Shown here in pieces: positions 11,687 through 23,200 of a stretch of 64,000 nucleotides of DNA. This DNA comes from an uncultured Nitrososphaeraceae archaeon (GTDB lineage Archaea > Thermoproteota > Nitrososphaeria > Nitrososphaerales > Nitrososphaeraceae): positions 64,001-128,000 of the forward strand of contig CAVXZB010000084.1 of NCBI GenBank assembly GCA_963765895.1. Reading direction: 5' to 3'. Position numbers and translations under genes: made by a program. The notes under the pieces were generated by a model. The model was not told where the DNA came from. It was given only the letters and a program-made list of their open reading frames with translations, and did no database searches. Each line of letters begins with the position of its first letter. The stretch's first letter is position 1.

Positions 11687-12055
11687 GTGGAGATACATGA
11701 AAACAGCATAATTAAGTATCTCCAGCTATTTAGACGGAATCTGAGCACGAAATTGCACGTGGTGGAAGTAGTGGAGATAGTGGGAGTATTTTCTAATTCT
11801 ATTAGGAATGCCAAGTTATATGCAGATAGATTTTTAAATTAACTTTTGCCTCATTAAGTACAAGTCAAAAAAATAAGGAGTGTAGTTTGGCTTAGATAGG
11901 GGTAACGTGGTATCGTATGTCCATGCCTAAGCCAAACCTTTGGATTCTGAGCGAGTTGTGACCTTCCACTAGATATGCATCAATTTCTTCTGAAGTCTGT
12001 TTGCTTGCGTCTAAATACTTCTCCTGGCCACCGTTGTTTGGGTCTATTACTGTAT
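11687..12055. repeat. Diverged ~370-bp module, copy 2
   Basis: Matches 2647-3025. Confidence 0.85.
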
Positions 12056-12083
12056 ACCGAAATTTTTGCAAAGCTTTTGTCAT
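11892..12083 (-). pseudogene. C-terminal fragment of a mobile-element protein, paralog of 2859-3077
   Basis: FRYTVIDPNNGGQEKYL...IDAYLVEGHNSLRIQRFGLGMDIRYHVTPI. Confidence 0.55.
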
Positions 12084-12365
12084 ATGAATGCAGGATTATC
12101 CCAATTAGTTAATGGTTCCCGACCGATCCATAAATATTTTGGCTCATTGAAATATAATGAACTAGAGTTATGATTATTCTGTTGCTGGAATTATTATTGT
12201 TATTCTTATAGAGACTTAATATCTACCTAAGCGTTTTGTATTGATTGTGCATTCTTGTTATTGTGATATGATATGTTTGACTATTACATTTTCATGTTTC
12301 TCGTATTAGGACATCTCTTATAGTGAGATAACCCTTAGATTTCTAAAAATGACTGAAAGGAACGA

Positions 12366-12780
12366 TTACGACACTAGAATCAGTGCTGCTCTAAACTTTA
12401 GTAATTTCTCCATGGAATCAATGGCAAACATCGCCATTGTAGTTTCTTTGAGATCCATGTTATGTACTTTTTCAAGGATAGTAGCGGCCATAGGATGTCT
12501 CGTCCTCAACTCTCTGATCTTGTCTTCAACCTTCTGATCACTCACTTTATCTTCGATCAAGTCTAATGGCTCTTTATCTTCTACCAAGCTTAATCTCATT
12601 GCACGAATTTTAAGTAGCCATCTTACACCATCAGTTAGGAACATAGTACTAACAACTTCTTTAAGATCCATAGATGGTATCCTTTCAAATATAGCAGGCA
12701 GCGTTAGGGTACTTTGTCCTCCAATCATTAGCACTTCTTTGAATTCTTTCGTGACTTACATTCTCTTCTGTTAAGGACAT
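12366..12780 (-). CDS. Hypothetical protein made of two internal ~60-aa repeats; frameshift near 12697
   Basis: ATG at 12780 gives MSLTEENVSHERIQRSANDWRTKYPNAA, then AIFERIPSMDLKE..., repeated as ELRTRHPMAATILEKVHNMDLKE. Confidence 0.65.
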
Positions 12781-13314
12781 CAAATTGATAGTTTAATGCA
12801 AATATTTAAGTCTATGGTTATAGTTCTTATCCAAAAAATAGATCTATTCACTAAGGAATATATTATTACCTACTCTCTAACACGCTGATATGAAGTACTT
12901 TGCACACTTGTCAGACCGACAGCGGTTAATGATTGATATTGTATCAATTAAGATTGCGTAGCTTATGATTACTACAATTAGAATTGTAGTAACCACGGTT
13001 ATGACACGGGCTGTCCAAATGATAAAAAGCACGCTTATGAATTCTGTGATGGATATCTACTGAGGTATAAGACCAAATGGAATTCATTAGATGGTGATAA
13101 CGACACAGCAGCAAAGAGCCAAGCGCAAGGCGACTCTATCGTACGCATTGATGGCAGCTACAATAATGTAGTGATTACTACAAGACAGACCAAAGAACAA
13201 GCGGCATTATTAAGCAGCAATTCTGATTCTGAAGGTAGAGAGTACGACAATAAAAACGGTCTTGGGAAGTCAATTGACAACAAAAAAATTGATGGTAACC
13301 AGCCTAGCTCTATC

Positions 13315-13746
13315 CTAGTCGGCCTCTGTAGATGTTGCCTTAACCGCGCCAAGCTGTACTGCCGCAGTGAGCGCATCGACAACAACCCATCCCTCTTTGA
13401 TTTTATTGTCTTGAAAATGGAAAATGTTCATTCCTACAGTTTCAAATTTCTTATTGGCAGCAGGGATGCCACGAAATTCCTTTTCTTGTGTGCCTTCTAC
13501 AATAAAAGCTGAAGCAACTTTATTAGACTCTGCTATGCTATCTACGATTGTAACTCGGATATCAGGAAATATGCTACGATCTGAGGAAACCCATTCATTA
13601 TAGGCTTCAATTCCTTCAATACTCTCACCACGAGCATGGTATGTGAAATCAGGAGTAACATATCTATTTGTATTTTTCAGGTTCCCTTTGTTATAAGTTT
13701 CGTCGAGGAACTCTTGAACAACGCGTTTGTTTTCTATAGAAGACAT
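13315..13746 (-). CDS. SnoaL-like ester cyclase family protein
   Basis: ENKRVVQEFLDE...FPDIRVTIVDSIAESNKVA...GTQEKEFRGIPAANKKF...FQDNKIKEGW. Confidence 0.9.
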   Translation of the reverse strand: MSSIENKRVVQEFLDETYNKGNLKNTNRYVTPDFTYHARGESIEGIEAYNEWVSSDRSIFPDIRVTIVDSIAESNKVASAFIVEGTQEKEFRGIPAANKKFETVGMNIFHFQDNKIKEGWVVVDALTAAVQLGAVKATSTEAD

Positions 13747-13853
13747 ATAGATACTTGCTAGGAGTTTTAATTTAACTTTTCTATGAAGGCGAAGTATGCA
13801 ACTATGTGAAGTTAGTTATTCTAGAGGTATCATATCAGATATTATCGATGTTT

Positions 13854-13883
13854 TAAGTAACTAAGTAACTAAGTAACTAAGTA
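13854..13883. repeat. 8-bp tandem repeat (TAAGTAAC), about 3.7 copies
   Basis: taagtaactaagtaactaagtaactaagta. Confidence 0.85.
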
Positions 13884-14109
13884 CAACTACTTTATCTTGT
13901 CAAAAAATTCAAAAGTCTCATAAGAACATATTTGTGGCACCTCGTGAAGTTTGTTGAGGTATACGACATGATTATACTACTCCATTAGCAGCTTTTGTCT
14001 ACGGCATGGTGATCAGCCGTAAGTATTTCTTTAGTGAAAGAAAGATGCATACATACTTGAAATCTGCAGTTAGGTAAAGATATATAGTAATCCAAGGTAT
14101 ATCTAAATT

Positions 14110-14386
14110 ATGTTAGGAAGAAGAGTTGTCGTTGGTGGAATGATCGCAGGAGGAACTACAGTCGCTACAGCTGCTGTTGTAGCACATCATGTTGAAAAAA
14201 AGCAATTTCAACGTATGCAAAGAAGATAAGCCCAATAAGCATGGATAAATCAAGCCTAGGCTCAGGCCACACTAATGCAAGCGTCTCATACAGCAACACA
14301 AACACAGAGGCCTAGTCTCAAACAAAAAGGCTTACAGTCAAGAAGGGTTTCAACAGATGAAAACAAGATTACTGTTGGGCATGTAA
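14110..14386 (+). pseudogene. Degenerate SHOCT-domain gene with several stops
   Basis: MLGRRVVVGGMIAGG...KQFQRMQRR*AQ*...SLKQKGL...GFQQMKTRLLLGM*. Confidence 0.65.
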
Positions 14387-15303
14387 GAATTGTCATGCCT
14401 TGTGACTAACTATTGATTATTTTCTACAAGTAACAATTAGAATCTATATGCATATGTTGTTTATGATGTTCCGCTAAGCTCGAGTTGACCAAACTTAAAT
14501 TTGGCTCCAGTCACTGGTTCTTAACATCTAATTTCTACTGGATAGTGAGATATCAATTGGCAGCTACAAAGGTGATTAATGATACGTATTCTATTATCGG
14601 CTAAACCAATGAAGGTGCACTAGCAGGCGAGCCTGGTATATTACACGTAGTAAAGTCTGATGGATTTAAGCGCTTCAGACGAGCAGCTGAGACTACATTT
14701 AATATAGTATACGAGGCAAAGTCCTAAATGAATCAGTAATTAACAATCAGTCTCTCTACTAATATATTCATTCAAGTCCAAATATTGATTGTTTGCTGGC
14801 CTATGGCTTATTAATACAAAATGTGTATATGTAGGAGATCTTTTATTGACTAGGTCAGGCTAGCTAGATATATAATGACCAAAGTGGTTAAGGAAAGGAC
14901 ATATTAAAGTAAACTGTTTTATGACAGCCAAGCGATAAGTGTATGTATGGTCGCTGGCAGTTATCTAGCCATAATCAAGTCATCTGTTGCAACAGATGTG
15001 GTTTCTGTCTCATACTTGGTTGGGTTAACCAGCGGCCATTTGTTGTCAAGCCATGTTAATTACAGATTGATGAGATCAAATTTGTAGTTGTCTACACTAA
15101 GGGCTAATACCATCCCCAATAAAACATATTGCAATTTTACTTTTGATCTCATAGAAGACTACGGATAATGACGCTATTGACTTAGACCTCCTAAAAAATA
15201 TTACTATAGTGCAAACATGAAATTGCTGGCAATATTTAATCAATTGTAACCAAATCAAGTTAAGAAAAAAAGTCTTAAATACACCGCGTAACACTCTACA
15301 ATA

Positions 15304-15513
15304 ATGTTCAAGAATCAAGAAAATCGTAAATATTTGACAATGTCTTTGCTTGCAATTATAGCAGTAATGGCAGGAACTTTAGCAATAAGTCAGATTCTAG
15401 AGACAGCAATGGCCCAGACTACTGGCAATAATACAGGTAATCAGACAGGTAACCAAACGGGACATCCTCTTGCTAAACTTGGCGCACTCAAAAACGCGAT
15501 AGGCGGCAAGTAA
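15304..15513 (+). CDS. Small secreted protein with TGNxT repeats
   Basis: Signal peptide ending AMA/Q, then TGNNTGNQTGNQTG; followed by a T-tract. Confidence 0.75.
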   Translation: MFKNQENRKYLTMSLLAIIAVMAGTLAISQILETAMAQTTGNNTGNQTGNQTGHPLAKLGALKNAIGGK

Positions 15514-15519
15514 AACAAT

Positions 15520-15538
15520 TCCCTGACTTTTTTTTATT
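15520..15538 (+). terminator. Oligo-T archaeal terminator-like tract
   Basis: ccctgactttttttt directly after the stop codon of 15304-15513. Confidence 0.5.
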
Positions 15539-15801
15539 GCTACTGCAAACATGGCAATAACAAAAATTAGTTCAAAATAACAGTATTCATATTAATATTC
15601 TTGGTCAAACATAATTTGGATCTATGGGCCCCAAAATAATGATGATGGAATTGGAGCTACAATTGCATTCGGTCTACCAATTACAAACAAAATAGGTCGA
15701 TGTAGAGTTACGGATTAACTAATCTACTACCATTAGTAGTAGAGACACAGTATACCGCTATCTAAACTATATACGAACCTCAAATGTAATACATAAGACT
15801 A

Positions 15802-16507
15802 CTAACCTTTTTTTACTTGCTCCGCTTCAGGCGATGGTAAGTCTAAGTCTTTATGCAATCCCTTATACACGTCGGCTGCTATTAGTCCTCCAAGGATGGG
15901 AGCTACCCAGTAAATCCATTGGAAGTCAAAGTTCCAAAGAATTAGCGCAGGGCCAAAAGAACGTGCGGGGTTTAAAGATCCGCCACTTATAGAACCTCCC
16001 AATATGACATTGAATCCAAGGGTAAACCCTATTGCCACTCCGGCTAATGGCGCTATCTTATAATTTTTAGATGTAGTTGTTGCTAATACAACATATACGA
16101 GAGTAAATGTCATAACAGTTTCCAATATAAATGCTCTAGTAACATTATCATCTGCAGGAAGTGTGACACTAGCAGCCATTGCGCTTCCAAACATTGAATA
16201 TACTACAGCGGCAGCGATAACAGCTCCTAATGTTTGGCACGCAATAAACAGTGCTCGCTTCTTTTCCATGAATTCTTCTTGTTACTAGCAATCCTATTGT
16301 AACAGCTGGATTAACCTGAGCTCCAGAGCGATATGCTATAGCATATATTATTGCAGTTAAAGCCAAAGCATGAACCAAACCTATTCCAATCATTCCGAGC
16401 TGCCCGAGGCCAGCTATTCCAAGCAGTTTGTTGACCCCAGAATATACAGTAGCTGCTGAACAAATAGCGTAAACGAGGATGAATGTGCCAACAATTTCAA
16501 CCAGATA
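15802..16507 (-). pseudogene. Aquaporin/MIP channel, 5'-truncated, frameshift at ~16255; paralog of 23201-23923
   Basis: YLVEIVGTFILVY...SGAQVNPAVT and GGSLNPARSFGP lie in two frames; no start codon before YLVE. Confidence 0.88.
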
Positions 16508-16510
16508 TTA

Positions 16511-17604
16511 CCATACTTTACAAATTATTGGGATTCTTGGCGTGGATTAGATAGACGAATTGCTTCAGGAGAATCTGCCAGAAGATATTTTAGCACTAAG
16601 GAATTTATTTTTAAAGGAGTGCCCAACGTGTTTATACCAAAGATACCTCTGTCAGACAATAGATTTTTTGATCCTTCAAATACGTGGATGTACAGGATCT
16701 TACTCCTGTAGTTTTCGATAGCTACGAAAAAGAGGATGGAAGAAGAAAATCAGAATACGGTAGATACGGTAGGTTGAAATATGTAGCTTCGGCAAAGGAT
16801 CAGGAGAATGCTGAACAATTTGAACACGTTATAAGATATGACGATGGCATCATAGCAGACTTTGTCTTAGCAAGCTGTTCAGTTCCGGTAAATTATGATT
16901 ATACTCGACTAAAAGTTGAAACTCGTGGCTTGGCCGGGAGAGGACAAGGTGACAATGCAGATACTGGAGATAGTAATAGTCCTTCTTCTTCTCCTCTTTC
17001 GAATGGCAATATCAGTTTGCGCAGTTTTTGGGACGGTGGACTATTAGCTAATACACCGCTAAGGCAGACCATACTTGCTCACAGAGATTATTGGCACAGA
17101 GTGAGGAAAGAGGAAGAGAATATACCTAGACTGAGATACGGTATAATAAATCTTCATCCTGCTAAACAAGATTATCTTCCTTCTGACTATGACGGTGTCG
17201 TTGACAGAAAGAATGACATTATATTTCATGACAGAACAGAATTTGATGAAAATGTTGCAGTCCTTATGTCTGATTTCATAAGGTTGGCCAAGTCTCTAAT
17301 TAAATTAGCCGAAGAGAAGGGTGTAAGTAAAGAGGCAGTACGAGAGATATTGAAGGAAGAAACCAAGGCTGTTTATCTTGCAACTGGCAAGCATTGGAAG
17401 TACCAGGACTTGCTAAAGGCTAATGTAGATGTTGATTTTGTTGTTCGTTTGGAACGAAAGAATGACAGTCATACTATTTCAAATAAGACATTTGACTTTT
17501 CAAAAACTACAATCCGACATCTAATTCAAGATGGATACAAGGAGAGTAAGGAACAGATGAAAGTAGTAATTGCTAGGTTAAGAAGTGAAGCAATTGGCAA
17601 ATAG
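16511..17604 (+). pseudogene. Patatin-like phospholipase, C-terminal part only (GxSxG nucleophile region missing)
   Basis: VLASCSVPVNY, FWDGGLLANTPLRQ (patatin DGG motif), FDFS..TI..LIQDGY; an upstream fragment IASGESARRYFSTKEF is in another frame. Confidence 0.8.
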
Positions 17605-17956
17605 TTTTACAACATCTACAATTCCTATTTTGTTGATATCTTATTCTATGAACGACCTTATGATAGACTCTGGGAAGGCTCTTCTGTTTTAGGCATTTGG
17701 TATCACAAGTTATAAACTGTTTTTCCATTGAAAATATTTTCCTTCCATTAGTTTGGCGTTACATGCTTTGAGTTTGATCACGGACGAGGAAGAGCAAAGA
17801 GAAATAATCGCCGGGACTCTCCTGGGTCCATAAGTAAATAGATGAATAATGAAAGAACGGCTGCTAGAAGGCAGCACAATAAAGAGCTTGTTCCAGTTTA
17901 TTCTGCTTCAGTGCCCAGTTATCGTTTTATACGAATACGAACTTTCTCTTTTTAGC

Positions 17957-18205
17957 TTATCCAAACTTAATGGCCGATAACCGCCTCCCCTTATGGAAAA
18001 TAGGTCCCAACCACGCGTGGCCGTCATTGCTCTGACCGCGTGCGCCTGAACCATGTGGACCGAAACCAACTACACCATCGCGGCTGTTGCTCAAACCATA
18101 GACACTAAAACCGCTATTGCTCTGACCAACAACACCTACATTAATGACGGTCTTGCCATAAACACCATAACCTACCCCATCGTCAACTCCATCTACGTGC
18201 GACAT
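17957..18205 (-). pseudogene. Fragment with 10-aa GVxGxS repeats
   Basis: GVYGKTVINV/GVVGQSNSGF/SVYGLSNSRD/GVVGFGPHGS/GARGQSNDGH; GGAGG upstream of the ATG. Confidence 0.55.
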
Positions 18206-18541
18206 ATCAATAGTTCTCCCTCCAGGTTAACAGGGTTTCATAAGCTGTACGTCTAATTGATGTATGACCCTTTTCGTATTCCCTAAGACCATGCTATAGT
18301 AACAAATTATATAAGGTGTACTTATAATGCACAAAATCGGCTTCGGAATAACGGTTGCTTCTGCGTCAGTTAAGTTTGCTGCAAGACAATTATCAACAGC
18401 GTTCAGATTGCGCTTCAAACTTCGCCTATAAGAGATTTGATCCAGTCCTTATTTTTTCTTCTAATGCCAATTAATTGGATTGTAGTAATTATTGTTACGC
18501 TTAATCTTTAGTTAGTAAAAATAGTAACGTCTTACAAACTA

Positions 18542-18907
18542 TCAACGACGGAACCCAACAAATAGATTGTAAGTCTGTGCACCAAACCTTGCTAGCAGCT
18601 TTTGTAATTCCTCACTAGGGTTACCGTAAACATCAAATCTAGTTACCTTAGCGACATCGAAAATCTTTGGGAGTATTGTTTTTGATGCAACATTATTGTT
18701 GTGAGCAAGCGCTGCCTCCGAATTCGCATACGTTTCATGAACAATACACTTTGTCTCATCTTTATTTAGATAAAACTCATAATTTGTTGTAGATGGCTCA
18801 TTTGCCTCAACCATCCTGCTCATTTCCAATATCAGTTTCTTGTAACCTTCTATCTTTCCTTCGTCTATAGTGAATTCTGCTCTAAAATGTATCTGATTTT
18901 GATCCAT
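18542..18907 (-). CDS. ABM (antibiotic biosynthesis monooxygenase)-like protein
   Basis: FRAEFTIDEGK...VEANEPSTTNYEFYL...CIVHETYANSEAALAH...FDVYGNPS. Confidence 0.85.
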   Translation of the reverse strand: MDQNQIHFRAEFTIDEGKIEGYKKLILEMSRMVEANEPSTTNYEFYLNKDETKCIVHETYANSEAALAHNNNVASKTILPKIFDVAKVTRFDVYGNPSEELQKLLARFGAQTYNLFVGFRR

Positions 18908-20086
18908 GGCTACTTATTGAATAGCAATTTAAAAGTATTAATTTGTATTTCGATTGAGATACTGTAGACATAGACTGAACTTTACACTCAACGCGCATAT
19001 GAGTTAAATTTAATACCTCTGGAAATATTTTGACTAAAATAATTAATTAGTCTCTGCTTACAACTTTCGATCTATAAGGAAGGCCTGAAATTCAACCAGC
19101 AAATAGTGTTAATGCAAAGAAACATACTGAATGTTTAGAGGCATGATAGAACGACGGAGCCAATCATCCATTTGATGCATCCAGATTTGATGTGGGAAGA
19201 ACTCTCAGGATCGATTCTTAAGGGGTTGTAAGGATGCCTGCAATTACGAAGAAACATGTCAATCCGCTGAAGACAGTCAGGATCGAAAGAGTTGTTTACT
19301 GAACTGGACTGGTTGAGCCAACCACCGCGAGACTAGTTCACCAAACAACTTATTTTTCAAGAACAGCGTACGATCTTATTATGAATCCTGATTATTGTAA
19401 CTATAACGAATCCAAAAGGCGGTTGATTATAATGATATCAGGTATTATAGACCTGAAGACGATAGATTTAACACAGTAAGGAAGGCAGATTGGTATATCC
19501 CTAAATGTCATTTCTTAATAATATCAAATACCATTTGTAGATATTTTTAACTTCAATATCAAATAATGTATGTTATAATAATGACAGAAAAAAATGATTC
19601 AGGAACCTGGACTTGAATAAGCCCCCTAACACCCAGAGGAACGCTACGAGGCACCCCCTTCAGGCGGTAGTAAGTGACAGGGAGACATAAATGCATATGC
19701 GAAACTGACAATTCCATCACCCGGACCGGCAACAGCTGCAAATACACCTAACATTCTGAATGCTACCAATGCTGTAAGTAGTCCAATTTTTAGTATTTCA
19801 TTTTTGTTTGATATTAAACATACTGTGTAATGGTATAGATATGAGATCTCCTACAACTACGTAAGATCTTTGCCCCCTATCTGCTTTAATAGCACGTGGA
19901 CTGGAAATATCGTTAGTAGGTTCAGCACCGCAGGCAGCCCATGGATTGTTATCAATAAACTAACTATCACTATTCCTTTCCAATACCTTTTTACGGTGAA
20001 GTGTATTACTTCTAATAAGTCAGGTAATGAACGAATAGAAAGATAAATTAATTAGGCCACGTATCTATTATCTAGTAACGACATTA

Positions 20087-20323
20087 TTGCGAAAAATATT
20101 GGTAGACTTAGACTTTACGTACGACCATAGGATTATAGCGTATCGCTTGGACGACGGTGTTGCCGGGCTGATAAAGGACGGCGCATTAAAGAAAGCGCAG
20201 AATGCCCTAGACATTTACAATTATTCAGAAGTTGGCTTCCTAGGCGTAAGCAGCGAGATAGAAATAGATTCGTCGGATTTTATACCGCTAAATAATCCCT
20301 TAAAGATAAACGAAAGCGTCTAA
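20087..20323 (+). CDS. Hypothetical protein or fragment
   Basis: 78-aa ORF with protein-like composition; no family recognised. Confidence 0.35.
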   Translation: MRKILVDLDFTYDHRIIAYRLDDGVAGLIKDGALKKAQNALDIYNYSEVGFLGVSSEIEIDSSDFIPLNNPLKINESV

Positions 20324-21139
20324 TTTAGTTTAGTTAGTGCTATTAACGCTTTGGCTATGCAGGTTGCTAATAATTAAGTTAATAGAAAAGAAGAGTAGTA
20401 GTGGTAATTGTTATCTGGCTATATTCCTATGGGTCGCCACTTGTATTCACTTTACTAGCCCAACTTGTCGAAATAGGGAAAAAGGTTTTTAGACTCCTAA
20501 AACGATCTCTTTTTCAAGTAATAAAGTGAACTCATTCGACGCGAGACAGAAGTTCATTAGAATATATAAAGAAAATAATGAGTTAGAGTTAGTAATTATA
20601 AAAGTATAAATAAATCTGATAAGAAGACCTAGGAAAATGCTCAATCAGGATATATGAAAAAAGTGTGAAATATGGGGAGGAATATAGATGTTCTTTATAG
20701 AAGGGTTAAATCGAGCAACACACTCCCCTAAAGTTCCAATGTATTCAATGCCAAAAATGGAGAAGGTACAAAGTTGAGTTTTAGTAGACTAGGTCCTATC
20801 TTCATTTAGGAGCGCTACTAGTAGCGGTCAGTGGTGTAGGTCTTGTACATGTATATGCAAAAGGAGCGTATGAATCAGGTTTAGTTATGGTGTAAAAGAC
20901 GGTAATAATCTCTGTGCTGGTAGTAAATGCGATCGGTACATCTTAACCGGGAAAGGATTTGGCTTTCACTCAGATGATTTCAATAGAGGCTATGTAGATG
21001 GCTTTTGCAGCGTGAGTCGTTCAGGTAGTGACGCAGATGAGGCTAGCTGGGAGTGTCCTGGTTAGCCTTCACTAGCTTTCTGTTCAGCCTGTTTTTCTTC
21101 TATCCTTTGTCTTACCGAATCAGGATATAAGGGATGCTA

Positions 21140-21388
21140 TTATAAGATCCTAACTCTCTTTCTGAGGCCTTTTTCAAGTTCTTTAAGATTCAATGTTTTA
21201 GAGTCTTGAGTACTACACGTATTATCCTCTGATCCTGCTTCTTGTGTTTGTTGTTGGTTCACTGTCTGTTGTGTCATTTTTATTATTCTTAGGACAGACG
21301 AGGGTTCACTCAATATCGGTAATTGTTGTTCTAACTGTATAGATTGCTGTCGCAGTTGCTGTAGTTGTTCTATATAAAAATTATTCAT
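21140..21388 (-). CDS. Q-rich hypothetical protein or fragment
   Basis: 82-aa coiled-coil-like ORF. Confidence 0.35.
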   Translation of the reverse strand: MNNFYIEQLQQLRQQSIQLEQQLPILSEPSSVLRIIKMTQQTVNQQQTQEAGSEDNTCSTQDSKTLNLKELEKGLRKRVRIL

Positions 21389-23200
21389 AGTACTGGCAGA
21401 TGCCGATGCGACAGTATCGTAATTAAGGCGTTGGTGTTTGTCCTACTTTTCCGTCTGCAGCCGGTTGCATATACAGCCCATTAACCAATCCTTACAGTGT
21501 GACAATGATTTTCGTGATAGCCAAAAAATGTATTGAAGATATTTCATGGTTTGATAGACAGATACATATTCAGTATTAGCCCAATTTACATAACAGCCGA
21601 AAAAAGAAGAAAATGAAATTATTGTCTTCATACGTGTTACCAAAAAATCCATAGCTTTCCACTAGTACCAAAAAATGCCAAATCCCGATTAAATTCATAA
21701 ATCTATCCTTATAATATAACAGCCATATTTCATTCTGTTTATATATGATGATATACGTATAGTCAACCGCGATATAGTCAGCAAACCTTCCTTATTACTG
21801 ATTTAATACTAAAGCACGCTTTGAGTCGATCACATGATTCGAAGGTAGTGGAAAATTAAACAGCATATTCGAAATAGACATAAGCGACTAGGAAATGGTT
21901 TGAGAATAGACAAGAATTTAAACTCATTTTCAACACGCTCTTCTATATGAAGGTAAAGGAAGAGAATGTAATGAAACAATAGCATCCAGGACGTGCCCAG
22001 GATAAGATCCAGACTATTTCTACTTTTCATCAGTTAGCATTGTTCGGGGTCAGCCTGTTGGGCAAATTATACATATTGTCTTTTCTATCGAACACGACCA
22101 ACCATTAACAGATAGTGCCTTCATTAGAGTTCCTCTAGAGAATTGACCTGGAAAATAAAATGCCACGGGAACAATTTAGGCCAGATCTTGAGTCTTACCA
22201 AATTCCTGGTCTATCTTCTCCTCATCCAATATGGCGAGGTTTATCTCACCTCGTTTGTAACCCCTTTTTCAGTTTCAGGAATTTAAGTTACACAGATGGT
22301 CTTCCATAAACCATCTGGTATTTTTGCAGTTAGTGCAAGCAAAATTAAGGAATGTATCAGAAGTATCGATGTGGAATTTTGATGTCCCGCGATGCATTCA
22401 AATCTGGAACCTTAGAAAAAGCATTTCATGATTTCTCTTCCATTCTGCTCCTTATCGATCTAATCGAAGTGACAAGTCTGAATAAGATTTTCCGAAAATA
22501 TTCTCATTCTTTGAGTTTTTCGAATATTGCACTATTGATTGTGATCATCTGCCGCAGGAGCCATTCGAATTATTCGTGTTATATATAGAGTGATCTGAGA
22601 ATAAAATACACAGAATATTCGAGTCTTTTTCTTGAATTGACATTATTTAATTATATACACATGTACAAATAACCGCTACTAGTAGCGCTCCAAAAAAGTC
22701 CTGCTTCTCAATAATCTTTACGGGTATACCTTGCAGACAGGTTACTGATAATAACGATTGATACAGTGTATGATGTTGGTATTGATGTAAAACAATATTT
22801 TCTATCCTCCAATTCTGCAACGTGTTCTACTATGTACTGAGCTTCATTTCATATTTATAATGATGATGGATTGATGATAGATTAGATTTCGCTATCCTAT
22901 GAACTTATTCTATCGTCAGAAGGAGTACTTTAACACATTCTAATCTAGTGATGAACGAGTAAACCGGCACCACCTGGACCTATGATGGAGTAAATTGGTA
23001 AAAAAATTACAATTGATTTTACACATAAGCCAATGAAAACATAGTAAGTCATGGTACGTCAGAGTATCCATATACCAATTCAATTCTATATTTTGCGTAG
23101 CAACAGGATAATATTGGCTGGAGGAATAAGAGCATTTTATCCATCTTGAAATTCCAGCAACGTTCTTATTAAATGAGACTTAGACCACACGGCAGAGATC

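Noticed and set aside
14500-14730. Possible DDE transposase relic (VVKSDGFKRFRRA)
   Set aside because: One weak motif, no ends and no continuous frame
21830-22600. Short ORFs 21830-22030 and 22352-22588
   Set aside because: No recognisable motifs; probably remains of a decayed gene I could not identify
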